Assembly: GCA_054661495.1 (NCBI GenBank)
Contig: BAAFSQ010000156.1
Coordinates: 1-23,187 of the forward strand
DNA: 23,187 nt
From: Zygophlyctis sp. KS116
Lineage: Eukaryota; Fungi; Chytridiomycota
Direction of reading: 5' to 3'
Shown: piece by piece, positions 8,650 to 19,649 of the stretch
Numbering within the stretch: the stretch's first letter is position 1
How the letters are laid out: the number at the start of each line of letters is the position of its first letter
The notes under the pieces: generated by a model
Told to the model about the DNA's origin: nothing
Databases searched by the model: none
What the model saw: the letters and a program-made list of their open reading frames with translations, nothing else
Translations under genes and position numbers: made by a program

Positions 8650-11093
8650 GCGACCGATCGAGCGCGAGCGAAGTTGAAATTTGGAGGTGGCAATGAGGTA
8701 CCAGTAAATCAATCTATATTGTTGACTCTTTCCCTAGGGGACTTTCCCTAGGGGAATATAAGAAAGAAATCGAGTTTTTAGTCATGTACCCATAATTTTA
8801 GGAGCACCGTGGTTCAGTTCAATATCTATTACTTATCTTACTTGGAAAGACAAAATTTTAAAATTCACTGATCTGAAGACAGAAGAATCTTTTTCTTTAT
8901 CTCCTGCTTCTCTTGAAGTTGTACATATTTCATATGTGGAATTCGAAGAACAGTTGGATAAGAATGAATTTGAGGAATGGGGGATTATAGATCTTTGTTC
9001 CATTGAAGAACCCAGCCACGAGGAATCTCAAGAAATTAATGATCCCGAAACTCAATGTAGATTTTAAAAGAATACGAGGATATATTTGAAAAACCTAAAG
9101 AGCCGCCTCCCTCACGACCAGAGGATCATGCTATAAATCTTTTAAAACGATTATCTGAAGCACAGCTTACTATATTAAAAAAGAAAATCAAGGAAATGTT
9201 GGAGAGTGGGTTTATCAGACCAAGCAATAGTCCTTTCGGTGCTTCTGTGTTATTTGCCAAAAAACCAGATGGGTCCTACCGATTGTGCGTCGATTATAGA
9301 GGCCTAAATGATATCACATTAATTTGGGGGAATTAAGAGATAGAGTGGCCGGATCTAAGTTGTTAAGTTCAATGGACTTACAGGACGGGTTTTACAATAT
9401 CCTTGTTAAGGAAGAAGATAGGTATAAGACGGACTTTAGGACCAGATATGGACATTTTGAGTTTAATGTCTTACCAATGGGGCTAACGAATTCTCCTGCT
9501 ACTATGCAGGCCACTATGAACAAAATCTTTGGCCTTTATTATGATACTTGGCTGCTGGTGTACCTGGACGACCTCCTTGTATATTCAAAGGATATTACCA
9601 CTCATTTGGAGTATCTTCGAAAATTGTTTAAATTAGTGCGACGGCATAGACTATATTTAAAGCAAGAAAAATGTAAATTCCTGATGCGCTCGGTTCGATT
9701 CTGTGGGCACGTCATATCTGCAAGAGGATTTGGGTTAAATATTGACAAGCTGCCGGCGTTAGACCAATCTCCTCCTTCCTCTAGCAAAGAGGTACAACGA
9801 TTTTTGGGATTAGTAAATTGGTTTAGAGCGTTTATACCAGATAACAAACTTATCTTTATACCGATGCCTCCTACATTGCTGTTGGGGGATGAATTGGTCA
9901 GGAAAACAAGTCAAGTACTATTCAGCCGATTGTTTTTTACTCACGAAAGATGAATGAGCATGAAATCAAGTACCCAGTTCACGAGCAAGAATTATTAGCC
10001 ATTATAACAATGATAGATCATCATGGGGTATATCTCTCACAAGGAGCAATTGTGAAGACTGATCATAAGCCATTGGTGTGGCTACAGTCTCAACCGTTCT
10101 TGTACAGTCGACAAGTGAGATGGGTTATGAAGCTCCAGGAATTTAACTTAAAAATTGAATATTTGCCAGGAAAGCTCAATAATGTTGCAGATTATCTAAG
10201 TCGACAGCCAAGTTTAGCTCCCAAATGTCATATCTGCCAAAGCAAAATTCAAGATTTTAAGCCTTCTAATGCGGGAATAGACGAGTTCACACTTTCTCGA
10301 AATGCCTCATGAGATATTTGTTTAGTAGATTTATCGGATGAACCCAAGGCACAAGAGCATTTAATCTCCTCGTTTCATGATAAAGGATATGCGGGAATTG
10401 ATGCTACAACTAAGAGTCTAGCCCGATTTTATTCTTGGCCTAATCTCAAATCTACTGTTGAAGGGTATATCAAAACTTGCGATATCTGTTAGAGGTTTAA
10501 AGGCCTTAATACAAAAGCCCTTGGTTTGCTTCAATCTTTTCCGATTCCCCATCAGAGATTTTCTTGTATTGGGATGGACTGGTTCTTTCCGCCTAAAGCA
10601 CTCAATGGGAAAGATTGTGTGATGATCATTGTCGATTATCTCACAAAATATGTTAAACTCATTCCGTGTTCTTCGAGCGATTCATGCACTCAGATGGCCA
10701 CCCTATTTAAAACTTACTGGCATGATTTGGGATTCGGCTTGCCGTCCATTATCATATCTGACCGTGATTCTAAATTAACAAGTAGATTTTGGGAGAGATT
10801 GTGCGACTCGTTACCTGTTAAAAGAAAGGTTCCATCAGCAAACTAATGGCCAAGTTGAACGCACCATCCGCACTGTAAAAAATAAACTGTGCATGTTGCT
10901 AGAGGCTCAAAAATTGGAGGAATCTCAGCGGACTGAAGTCTTGTCTACGATAGAATTTTTTATAAACGATTCAGTTTGCATTAGTACTAGCTTCACTCTG
11001 TTTTATTTGGTTTACGGCCAACATCCCAGTTCTCTATGTTCTCATTCTACTGGCATCCTCCCAGTTCAGTGGCGTAAACTCTTAGAAGCTGCT
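8650..11093 (+). mobile_element. Degenerate Ty3/Gypsy pol (protease C-terminus, RT, RNase H, integrase); no gag or LTRs visible
   Basis: IILGAPW; [34 protein letters not shown]; LPMGLTNSPAT, YLDDLL; TDAS, EQELLAI, TDHKPL, ADYLSR; H...W...CDIC; GMDWF, SDRDSKLTSRFW, NGQVER. Domain order is PR-RT-RH-IN, with many deletions and frameshifts. End points are approximate. Confidence 0.95.
8728..8755 (+). repeat. 14-bp tandem duplication (ctttccctagggga x2) breaking the Gypsy protease frame
   Basis: Read directly; each unit contains the palindrome CCCTAGGG. Confidence 0.9.
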
Positions 11094-11693
11094 TTTTCTT
11101 GGATTGGAAGTGGAAACAAACCCATAGAATATTCTTTAATTTTGGATCAGGACAAAACAAACGATACTGATTTCTCAGTATCAACTTTAACTATTGTTGG
11201 CACTATATCATTAGTTGAATCTGACAATTACTTAGGGTTAGTTACAATCTGGAAAGTCATATTAAGAATAATAAATTCTTTTCCAGAAGTTAATGGTAAA
11301 ACCTATGAATGTGCTGATGGAACTTTATCCAATCAACATGTTGCATTTAAGTTGAAGCATCCACATACTTTAAGTGAGAAGCAGTTATTCTTATTTAGTT
11401 TATTATAGGTACCTGTAACCGTAACAGATCATAATGATGTGTTAATGGAAGGTGATTACTCCAATTTATTGAATGCCGGGGACCTAGTTATTATTTCATT
11501 TGTTCCTTACGCATATAATACAGTCAACAACTATGGTAGTTTCTATGGTATTAAAAAAAATTACATTCCTTCCACGGTTTTGTCTGCCAATCCTGTAATG
11601 CGTTTAATTAACAGAAGAACAGAGACACCTAAAAAGGTTTCCAAGGTAATCGTACCTTGCAAAACTCCACCAACATTTGATCTAGGTTTTTAA
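11094..11693 (+). pseudogene. 5'-truncated non-retroelement gene, possible OB-fold ssDNA-binding protein
   Basis: The second half of ORF 10893..11408 and ORF 11439..11693 share a frame, separated by an intron-like tract ending ttattatag (11408). LLNAGDLVIISFVPYAYNTVNNYGSFYGIKK resembles the last strands of gp2.5/DUF2815-type SSBs (recognised by eye). Confidence 0.4.
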
Positions 11694-11820
11694 ACAAATA
11701 AAAACACTTTGATAACATTTCTATTTATAAGTCAAAGACATATACCTTAATATATATATAACTTGATAACTACTATTAATAACTTAATATTACATAATTA
11801 TAGCTTGTTACAAATAAGAA

Positions 11821-12170
11821 ATGTCCCAACCTACTGAACCCTTTCACAAACAACAATGGACCATTCATGGTATAGTGAATCAGCTGACTACATGTATTAT
11901 TAGATTTATATAATTACTAGTAACTGCTGCTGAAAAGCAACTGATGTGTTCACAGTTGAAGAAGGTAAACTTAAAATTTCTGTTGATGTTAGAGCCAAGA
12001 GGTATGTATAACTTTAAGATTTAAACCAAGTTTTGCCTGCTAATCTAAAAAGGAATTTGGACAAATCGAAAAATATTCTTCTTGAACAACCAATACAGAC
12101 CAACAAGCTATCCAAGCAACCTAAAACCCTAAATCTATTTCAGTATAAACCCATAGATGGTTCTTTGTAA
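11821..12170 (+). CDS. Hypothetical 97-aa protein, 3 exons (11821-11893, 11921-12001, 12031-12170); absent from the ORF track
   Basis: Introns gtattattagatttatataattactag (27 nt) and gtatgtataactttaagatttaaaccaag (29 nt) match local intron size. Removing them gives MSQPTEPFHKQQWTIHGIVNQLTTLTAAEKQLMCSQLKKVNLKFLLMLEPRVLPANLKRNLDKSKNILLEQPIQTNKLSKQPKTLNLFQYKPIDGSL*. Confidence 0.45.
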
Positions 12171-12296
12171 AAACCCTCTACCCTAAAAACCCATAGGCCC
12201 TCACCTGGGTTTTTCCATCTCTAAACTGAAGGCAAGTGGACCGAGCTGGTTTTGTTATTCTTCACTATAATACATTATATAATGTAAAATATTATT

Positions 12297-12622
12297 TTAT
12301 TTATCAGCTTTCAGAGCTTCTTGAATCATTTCAAGTGAAACTCATGCATGACACTTGAGGATATTCATCTACAAATTGTCATTCGTTAGTGCTATTCTCT
12401 TATCCGAATAAGTATGTTTGCATTGTGAAAAGAAAGTAGTGGAGGGAATCCAGAAAACATCATGATAACTTGAGGAATTTGCCTTTGAAATTGATTTAAG
12501 CCGTGCAAATTCTTCTACGACTGATTATTCCTGTAATATATCGTCTTCATCTAAATCCTGAATTCGACGCATAGTACCCCTTCTAGGGACCCCAACCGCC
12601 ACTTTCTCTCTTTCTGTCAGCG
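12297..12622 (-). mobile_element. C-terminal fragment of a hAT-like transposase, degenerate
   Basis: Minus-strand translation LTEREKVAV...YHDVFWIPSTTFFSQCKHTYSDKRIALTNDNL*MNILK matches the dimerisation-region pattern IP.TS..ERFFS..K....D.R..L...NLE with a small deletion. Confidence 0.6.
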
Positions 12623-12629
12623 TCTGTTC

Positions 12630-13405
12630 CGTATTGACAAAGTGATGTGAACTTTTACTTTTTATGGCTGATTTTGCCAATTATTCCTTGATGCCATATA
12701 TTATGCTTCCAAATGCTGCAACTACTCCGATGAATAATCATTTAATGGCAGTACATAAGAACCATGATAAGGCAAAAGAAGTGGTTGGTTTGCTTATGCT
12801 CATGTCAACGACGGAAAACGGGAAAAAAATCAGTTAGTTATGAAAGATATGCTAGATTCAAATTGGAAGCGACAAAAGATAGGTGAAAAAAGGAAACTTC
12901 TCAAGATAATTAGAATTAATTTTCTTCTGTTGAAAGCAAATCCTTCAGAATATTTTAACATGTTCAAGTGAAAATTTCAATTTCAAAATCAAATCAGCAG
13001 ATTTCTTCAGAATCAGAGTAAAGGATCTTTTCACCAGCAATCGTGAAATGATCAAATCGTATCTTGCAGGTATATGGTCAAAATGAGTTATTGATTATCG
13101 ATAAGGAATCTGACGAATCAGATTCAGAAGATATCTATGAAATTTGTAAGGAAGACGGTAACTTTATCAATGAACTTCGTAAAAGTAATTCTATTATTTC
13201 TTAAATTAGATCTTTGTAAGATAAAAATTCGCTCAATTTATTGTCGGAATTGCGGAGCGTCAACTTCATTCGGATTTGGCCGTTACGAAAATTTAAACCG
13301 TATAAAACTTTAAAGGCGGAATATCAAATGTATTGTTTAATTGACTGTTTGCCGGTAAAAATCATTTGCATTTTTATTAACAATTTAGACTAATAATGAA
13401 AGAGT
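12630..13405 (+). mobile_element. Degenerate hAT transposase, N-terminal/middle part (BED finger remnant)
   Basis: TTPMNNHLMAVH BED-like end; FSSVESKSF; RVKDLFTSNREMIKSYL; acidic ESDESDSED...FINELRK. Many stops. Confidence 0.5.
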
Positions 13406-14290
13406 TGTGACAGAATTATCTTAACCCAGATATCACTTGTTAATGATCAGCTAACGAAGTTTGAATTTAAAGATGCTAGAAAGATCCATACTCCAATGGA
13501 ATTGGGATTTGAAGATCAACTTAAGGATTCAGATTCTTACCTTAAGGTTGACCCTAACCTTATATATAGCTCGACTTGACCGGAGATTACATATGCTGTC
13601 AATTTATTAAGCAAATATGTAAACAAAACGACTTCTAATTGTTGGAAAGCTGCAAAAAGAGTTCTTATATACTTGTATACTACAAAACAGTACAAGCTAA
13701 GAATAGGACCTACAAACAATGAAGGACTCAAAGTGTACTCAGACGCTACATGGGCTGATGATAAAGAAAATAGATTGTCAAGAACTGGGGGTGTTACATT
13801 GTATAATGGATCGTTCTTGTCGGCTCATTCTCACCAACAAAGATCGATTGCACTATCTTCAACTCAAGCTGAATATCAGGCACTCTCTAGTACGGTCCAA
13901 GAATTAATCTACTTTAGACAACTTCTGGGGGAAATTGGATATCCAGAAAATATTCCAACCCCGTTATTTTGTGACAATCAGGGAGCACTATATTTAGCGA
14001 TAACTACCAAAAATCATCCCAAAGTCAAACATATCTCAATAAGATATAATTTTGTACGAGAGACTGTGAAGGATCAACTAGTGAAATTAATCTACATACT
14101 TACAAATGAACAATTAGCCGACATAATGACTAAACCATTGGGACGAAGTCATTTTGAGAAATTCAGAGGATTATTAGGTATTAATGATTGTTCAAAGAAT
14201 ATGAAAGAGTGATACACAGGATTGGGGGTGTGACAGAATTATCTTAACCCTATATATCACTAGTTAATGATCAGCTTAGAAATAAACTTT
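13406..14290 (+). mobile_element. Internally deleted Ty1/Copia element: 5' LTR start fused to RT C-terminus/RNase H, PPT and 3' LTR start
   Basis: Direct repeat TGTGACAGAATTATCTTAACCC...TATCACT.GTTAATGATCAGCT at 13406-13452 and from 14229; GGGGG immediately precedes the second copy. TPME, RPEITYAVNLLS, YSDATWADD, IALSSTQAEY, CDNQGA, KHISIRY, QLADIMTKPL. The 3' LTR end is not resolved. Confidence 0.9.
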
Positions 14291-14359
14291 ATGGGAGAGA
14301 AGGTGAAGGGGTCCTCCTGAATTTTATCTAAAAAAAAATTATTTTGTACTGAGTTAAGA

Positions 14360-14907
14360 AAGTTCTAAAGTTGATAAAGTCATGAACGAAAATATGGATG
14401 AAGATGAAGATATGAAATTAGTCAGGGAATATATGGATAAGATCCCCTCAAAGGAAACTGAATTGGAAGCTTATCTTAAGGAGCCTCCATCTCCAGCTAT
14501 GCCTATTTTAGATTACTGGACGGTATACTTAATCAGATTTATTTTTAGGCAAATTCAGTTCGCTTTCCAATCTTATCAAAAATTGCGAAAGATTATCTTG
14601 CGTGTTGCCCGTCCCACCAGTGCCTCTTCGGAAAGACTTTCAGTGGTGGACAGGACTTAATTGGAATACATCGCTTTCGACTTTGCGAAGATTCAATGAA
14701 GGAACTGAAACTCTTCAAATCTTATCAAAATTTTCTTGAATGTCTCAAATAGTTGATTTGAAATTATTTGTAATTTGATGTCGAATTCAAATAGTTGAAT
14801 AAATTACATTTCAAATACAAATTCAAATTCGAATATCGCTTCGAAAATCAAATATCAAAGTCAGATAATGAGTCCATATTTGAGTTTGACTCAAATTCGG
14901 AACCCTA
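14360..14907 (+). mobile_element. hAT transposase C-terminal dimerisation domain with right end (subterminal TCAAAT/TTCGAA repeats, terminus ...GGAACCCTA)
   Basis: ELEAYLKEP...ILDYWT|ANSVRFPILSKIAKDYLA...TSASSER.FS, with a 26-nt intron at 14523-14548. The terminus reads TAGGGTTCCG on the minus strand, typical of hAT TIRs. Hairpin atttgagt-ttg-actcaaat at 14878-14896. Confidence 0.8.
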
Positions 14908-14909
14908 CT

Positions 14910-15723
14910 CATACAGAACAAAATATGAAGCAAAATCTCCTTCAAGTCCAAAGCCTGCAGTTGAATTCCATCGTGTTTTCACATCTAGTTTTGCTTTTGG
15001 TGGTTTTTATTACCCCGTCGTAATTGTAATTCTTCAAACTTCACCAAAGCTTGCGGGCTACTTTTAATTTTTTTTATTCCTCTTCGAAGTTGAGCCAAAT
15101 CATCAGAAATCACAGAAAGAGCAGCCTGCGCACCAATATTTAAAACGTGTGCGAAGCAGCGGATGTGGTAAAACAAAGAAAAAACATTTGAATTGTCTTC
15201 ATTATCCAGAGTAATGGCATAAAAATTTGTCTGCCAATTGAAATTTTTGAATTACATTTACAAAGGCTTGGAAAAGAGTTTCACACGATGAGAATCTATG
15301 TGTTAGAAATGAATGTAGAAATTTACCTGACAAAGAGAAGAAGTCCAGCGTTTTAGCTTGCATCGTCCAATTTTCAGTAATAAAATGCATCGTAACTCCC
15401 ATAAAGGCAATATTATTAGGAGAGGTCCAGCAATCCGTAGTAAAAGAAATTTTTGACCGATTAGTTTGGATGGCGATGCAAAGTACTTCCTTTTTTGTTT
15501 CAAACTTATTTATTATTCGTCTTTTCAGGGTGTCATAACTGGGCAATCTTATTCCCGGTTTTATTAATCGTAGAAAGTCCTGGAATTCTTCTGATTCGAT
15601 AACAGCCAATGATTGGTCGTCTTTTACTACCCATTTTACCGGAGCATCCTCCAAATTCTCATTTGTATCTTCTTTCTGTTTAAAAAATGCCTGAACATTA
15701 GCTGTTGGTATGTGTTCTGGCAC
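14910..15723 (-). mobile_element. Degenerate hAT (Ac/Restless-like) transposase core
   Basis: IESEEFQDFL...LPSYDTL, KISFTTDCWTSPNNIAFMGVTMHFI...W, HIRCFAHVLN (CxxH), and DVKTRWNST in a shifted frame. Confidence 0.9.
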
Positions 15724-15899
15724 TTTTAATTAGTTGTAAAATAAATACATAATCTATCCTTGTGTTGCGAATGAGGCTAATGCTAGTATCACAAGGCGGA
15801 GATGCCCTTTCGATTTCAACGCTTTGCGCTTGTACTGATCAAGCTTTAAATATGTAGTGATTAGAAATGTTGCTTGGCTCTTAGTTAATTTTGGGACTA

Positions 15900-16731
15900 A
15901 GATCCAAGGTTTTTACTGAACTGAGTGTTGTCCAAGTAGATAGTGCTTGGAAAGTTGAATACTATCAATATCTGTACTGAAACGCTAAAACAATCTCTGA
16001 AAAAATTTGAAGTAGAAGTAGATATATATAGTGGAATTTCAGCGGCTATTGAGAAGTTAGAGCATTATTATGACAAAATTTCGCCAATTGCTGGAAAAGC
16101 ACTTATTTTGGACCCCAGAACCAAAAAAAACTTTTTAAAAGCTAGGCTTGGATGGTTAAATGAGTGGGTAAGAATTGTGGAAAGCAATTTTTCAATTTCC
16201 TTTCAATATTACAAAACGAAGGCCGATGTGCAAGTGAGGTCACCGGCTAAGGCATCTCTATCAGTTGCTAACTAAAACTATAAATTTTCAGCATTTATGA
16301 AATGAAGTTATGAAGAAGTTAATGATGAAGAGGAATATGTTAGGTGTAATAGTTTTCTAAATCTAGGTATTTCAATTCACCACGCTTAGATTATGGGGCC
16401 AATAATACTGTTTTGCAGTTTCGGAAGAATAATCAATTTAATGTTCCAATATTAGAGGCCATGGCGAGGGACTATCTTACGGTTCAAGCATCAAGTGTAT
16501 CTTCAGAGAGAGCATTCTCATCTGGGACTTATTTAGTAACCTCTGATAGATGTAGCTTAAGTGGTAAAACAATTGAAAAGACGCAGTTCCTGAAATACAA
16601 TATGTAAATGCACATATATAGTTTTAATATGGGTACCCATGGGTGAGATTGGGTGGGTCTGGTTTAAAGGTTGCTAAAAAGCGCATAGTTTGGTTAATCA
16701 TTTCAAATCCAAACCAAACCATGGATGCCTA
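15900..16731 (+). mobile_element. hAT transposase C-terminal half and right end (...CCATGGATGCCTA)
   Basis: EKLEHYY, LILDPRTK, MARDYLTVQASSVSSERAFSSG...RCSL; 23-nt intron-like 16344-16366. GGGT/AAACC-rich subterminal stretch and a TAGG-type terminus (the terminus is inferred). Confidence 0.85.
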
Positions 16732-17689
16732 GCGTTGGTCTTTTGTTTTCACTTTCGACTCTGCTGCTATTGTAGTTACTCACGGAATCAGATGGTAGGA
16801 TTTCGGACTAAAACTGTGAGATATTATTTATTGTACTTTACGTACATTTAACGAGCTTTACGCTCATTTATACAGCTGTTTATTAGATATGTTTTGTGCA
16901 TGGATACGGTTGGAGAGTTATGGCCCATTGCTGTAGTCACTATCATTTTAGTAGCCTAACCTAACCTATATAGGATTTGAGGGCAGGTTGGCGGACTTTT
17001 TTGATCAACTTGGAATGAATGCGATGGGTGAAGGGGTGACTTAACATGCCAACCATGATGCAAGTCTCCTAAACTTTTATAAAAAAGAGAAATCAATTAG
17101 GGTTTTGATGATTAGTAAACTTCTACCTCATTTGACAGATGATAAAGAATAGATTGATTAAATTAAACTCAAATATATTTATATTGTTAAATTTACAACC
17201 GATATATATAATAAATTTTTAAAAAAGTATAAGTAAACTCATCAACTAAATTCAGGGGTAGGATAGGCCAGTATAACCGGTCGTATAATACTACTTGAAC
17301 ACATTTATTCATTAGAGTCAAGAAAGCAGGCAGAACCCATGCGAAGCCGAGCTTATGTTTTGAACCAGGCGTTCTTGAGATATTGTTAGCTGATATTTTT
17401 ACCGGACGGCAAGGAAGCAGCCATTCGAAAGGGTTAATCATGAAACATTTTTTAACATTCTGTTTTCGAAAACGTTTGTAACTAATCAAACTTTCTTTCT
17501 ATAGATAATGGCTGGATAGCCTTCTCTATCATATTGTTGGAAACAAACCTAAAGCCTTAAGAGTTGTATTTGAATATCTGCAAACTCATTCTATAAATTT
17601 ACCTATGAAGCAGATACCATTAAACATTTCAAAACATTTTTTCCATCGACAGCATTTTCATTTGTATTAATTTAAAGTTATAACTTGGG

Positions 17690-18200
17690 GCTACCTTATG
17701 TCAGAGAATTTAAGCAATTAAAAACTCAGGATGGTCAAATCTATTTACTCATTTACAGAATGCACACAAGGAATATGAAAAATTACTCGAATCAAATAAA
17801 GAGAAATATTCCTCTTCATGTACTATTCCTGTCAATGTTCTAAATGTATTGTCTTGGATTGAATTTATTGCTACCAAAAATCTTCCGTTCAGCTTTGTTG
17901 ATGATGATTTGGTTAGGAAAACAGGGCTTTTAGAAAAAATATGCTCAAACACCTTGCTTAAGTATAATATGTCTGCACTCTCTAATCAAGTGGAAAATAA
18001 GTTAAGAGAAAGCTTACCTTGTCAATTTGGAATTATTTTTGATGGATGGACAGACTTACCAAGCTTTTGCCCATAAAAAGAAATGTATATGATGGTCAAA
18101 CGATATTTTGAAATTATGGAGTATGTGGATACACGAGATGGAGACTTGAAAGACTGTATTCCAGATTACAATGAGGAGGAAACTCTACTAGTTACCATTG
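17690..18200 (+). mobile_element. Degenerate hAT-like transposase N-terminal/catalytic fragment (second family)
   Basis: SGWSNLFTHLQNAH (BED end), SWIEFIATKNLPFSFVDD, LPCQFGIIFDGWTD, then YMMVKRYFEI after a deletion. Confidence 0.75.
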
Positions 18201-18914
18201 GGAGATGAACGATACCGCAACCATATTCTTTTTCGACATAGAATATTCAACCCTACCTAACCATCATTCAATATAAACAATGAAATTTCTTTCAGTGTTA
18301 AAAGGCTCATTTTTGAGCACAAAAAGTCAAGTGAAGAAAAGACGGTGTGAAAATTATTCAAGAATACCTAAATCTGAAAAAAATCAGCGTCCCACAGCAA
18401 TCTGAGGCTACCTGGTTCGTGATGGAGAGAGCAAGGAGAAGAGGAAACTGGGCCTACCTTACGGTAGTTCACAGAACGTATATTCCGGCTAAAACGCATT
18501 GAGGTTCAACCCTAACCTTACCTCCTGAATTGTAAAATCATATGCTTACTTTCCTTCCTAAGCAGACGTCATCGCATTTTCTGATTGATAGACCAATGGT
18601 TTTTTTATTTTTTTTAACTTAAAAGTTTGATAGTAACAATGGAAGTTGTCAAAACATTAATCGGATTCTTTATGATTGGATCAGGGGAATAGAGAATGGA
18701 TATGGGCTTCGGCTCTCAAGCGCTACGGCTCTTTGAAACCTTTGAGTGGCTAGGTGGGAATTGCTGCCTGGAAAAACTGAAGTCGAGGCTCCTCTTTAGA
18801 CCTCTACTGCGAAAGCAAACTTTAGTCTGACTGGAGTGGCAGTTCGATATCTATTTACCTAAACAAAATTCTAATGACATCTATTGTCGATATTTAAGAA
18901 TGATCATATAAATA

Positions 18915-19150
18915 GTACGCTATCAAAAGCCGGTTTTATTCAAAGCAAAAATGATCAAGGATCATATATTTGAGTATGAGGACTACGTGGGATATATAAT
19001 TGTTTATGTGGATGATATAGTGTTAGCAACAAATTGTATTCGAATTAAATTATTATTGGAAAGTACATTAGAAAAGGAATATAAATTAACGAAACTTGGG
19101 GAGGTTAAAAGCATTCTTGGCATGAATATTACGATGCAAGATAACTTAGG
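18915..19150 (+). mobile_element. Ty1/Copia reverse transcriptase fragment
   Basis: YIIVYVDDIVLA...LEKEYKLTKLGEVKSILGMNI. Confidence 0.85.
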
Positions 19151-19379
19151 GTTATTTCTGTTGTACACTTCAGAGGTTACCTTTCTTCTTTGTGTTCTGA
19201 TTTTATTAAACCCTAGCACTGTTAAAATGAGCAATTATTTGAATGCAATTATGAACTGACTTGAGAGGCATGCATTTCAGTTTCAGCTTCCCCGGTCATT
19301 TCAATCAATCCTAATTTTGCACTATACTTTCCTTGAGCTACTATTGTCCAATGTTTATCTAAAATTTTTAATACTCTTC

Positions 19380-19560
19380 ATTAATTGAATTCCACTTAAT
19401 GTTATACTTGAAATCAGGCACATGTACAACATCTTCTACTTTCAGTTTCCTATTTGAAATTCGCCGGTTCCTTATTTTGCAACCTGATGATCTGCAGCAG
19501 TCTTTACCCATCCGGGACCGAATACAAATTTTTTGGGAATTTCTTTTCTGTTTTCCAAAT
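19380..19560 (-). mobile_element. Possible Copia protease-region fragment
   Basis: Across a frameshift: WVKTAADHQVAK*GTGEFQIG / KLKVEDVVHVPDFKYN, like the Copia V.TA...G.G...L.DV.HVP...NL pattern. Confidence 0.4.
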
Positions 19561-19649
19561 AAACTCACTATCCTCCAAACTACAAAAATTTCTATATAAA
19601 AAATGTTAAATCAGTAAAAGAACGACTTGAGTCAATGAGATTAATGTTA

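Noticed and set aside
8649-8693. N-terminus MPPPNFNFARARSVAV of ORF 8292..8693 as part of the helicase
   Set aside because: It is the antisense of the Gypsy protease (RAKLKFGGGNEV); the ORF is a chance fusion at the junction.
10893-11408. A real integrase fusion protein, or an env/chromodomain extension
   Set aside because: The integrase has a stop and frameshifts just upstream, no chromodomain or env motif is visible, and no PPT or LTR follows. An in-frame junction arises by chance about one time in three.
13401-14354. agagt / tgagt as the Copia target-site duplication
   Set aside because: Only a 4/5 match, and the implied LTR end lacks the terminal CA.
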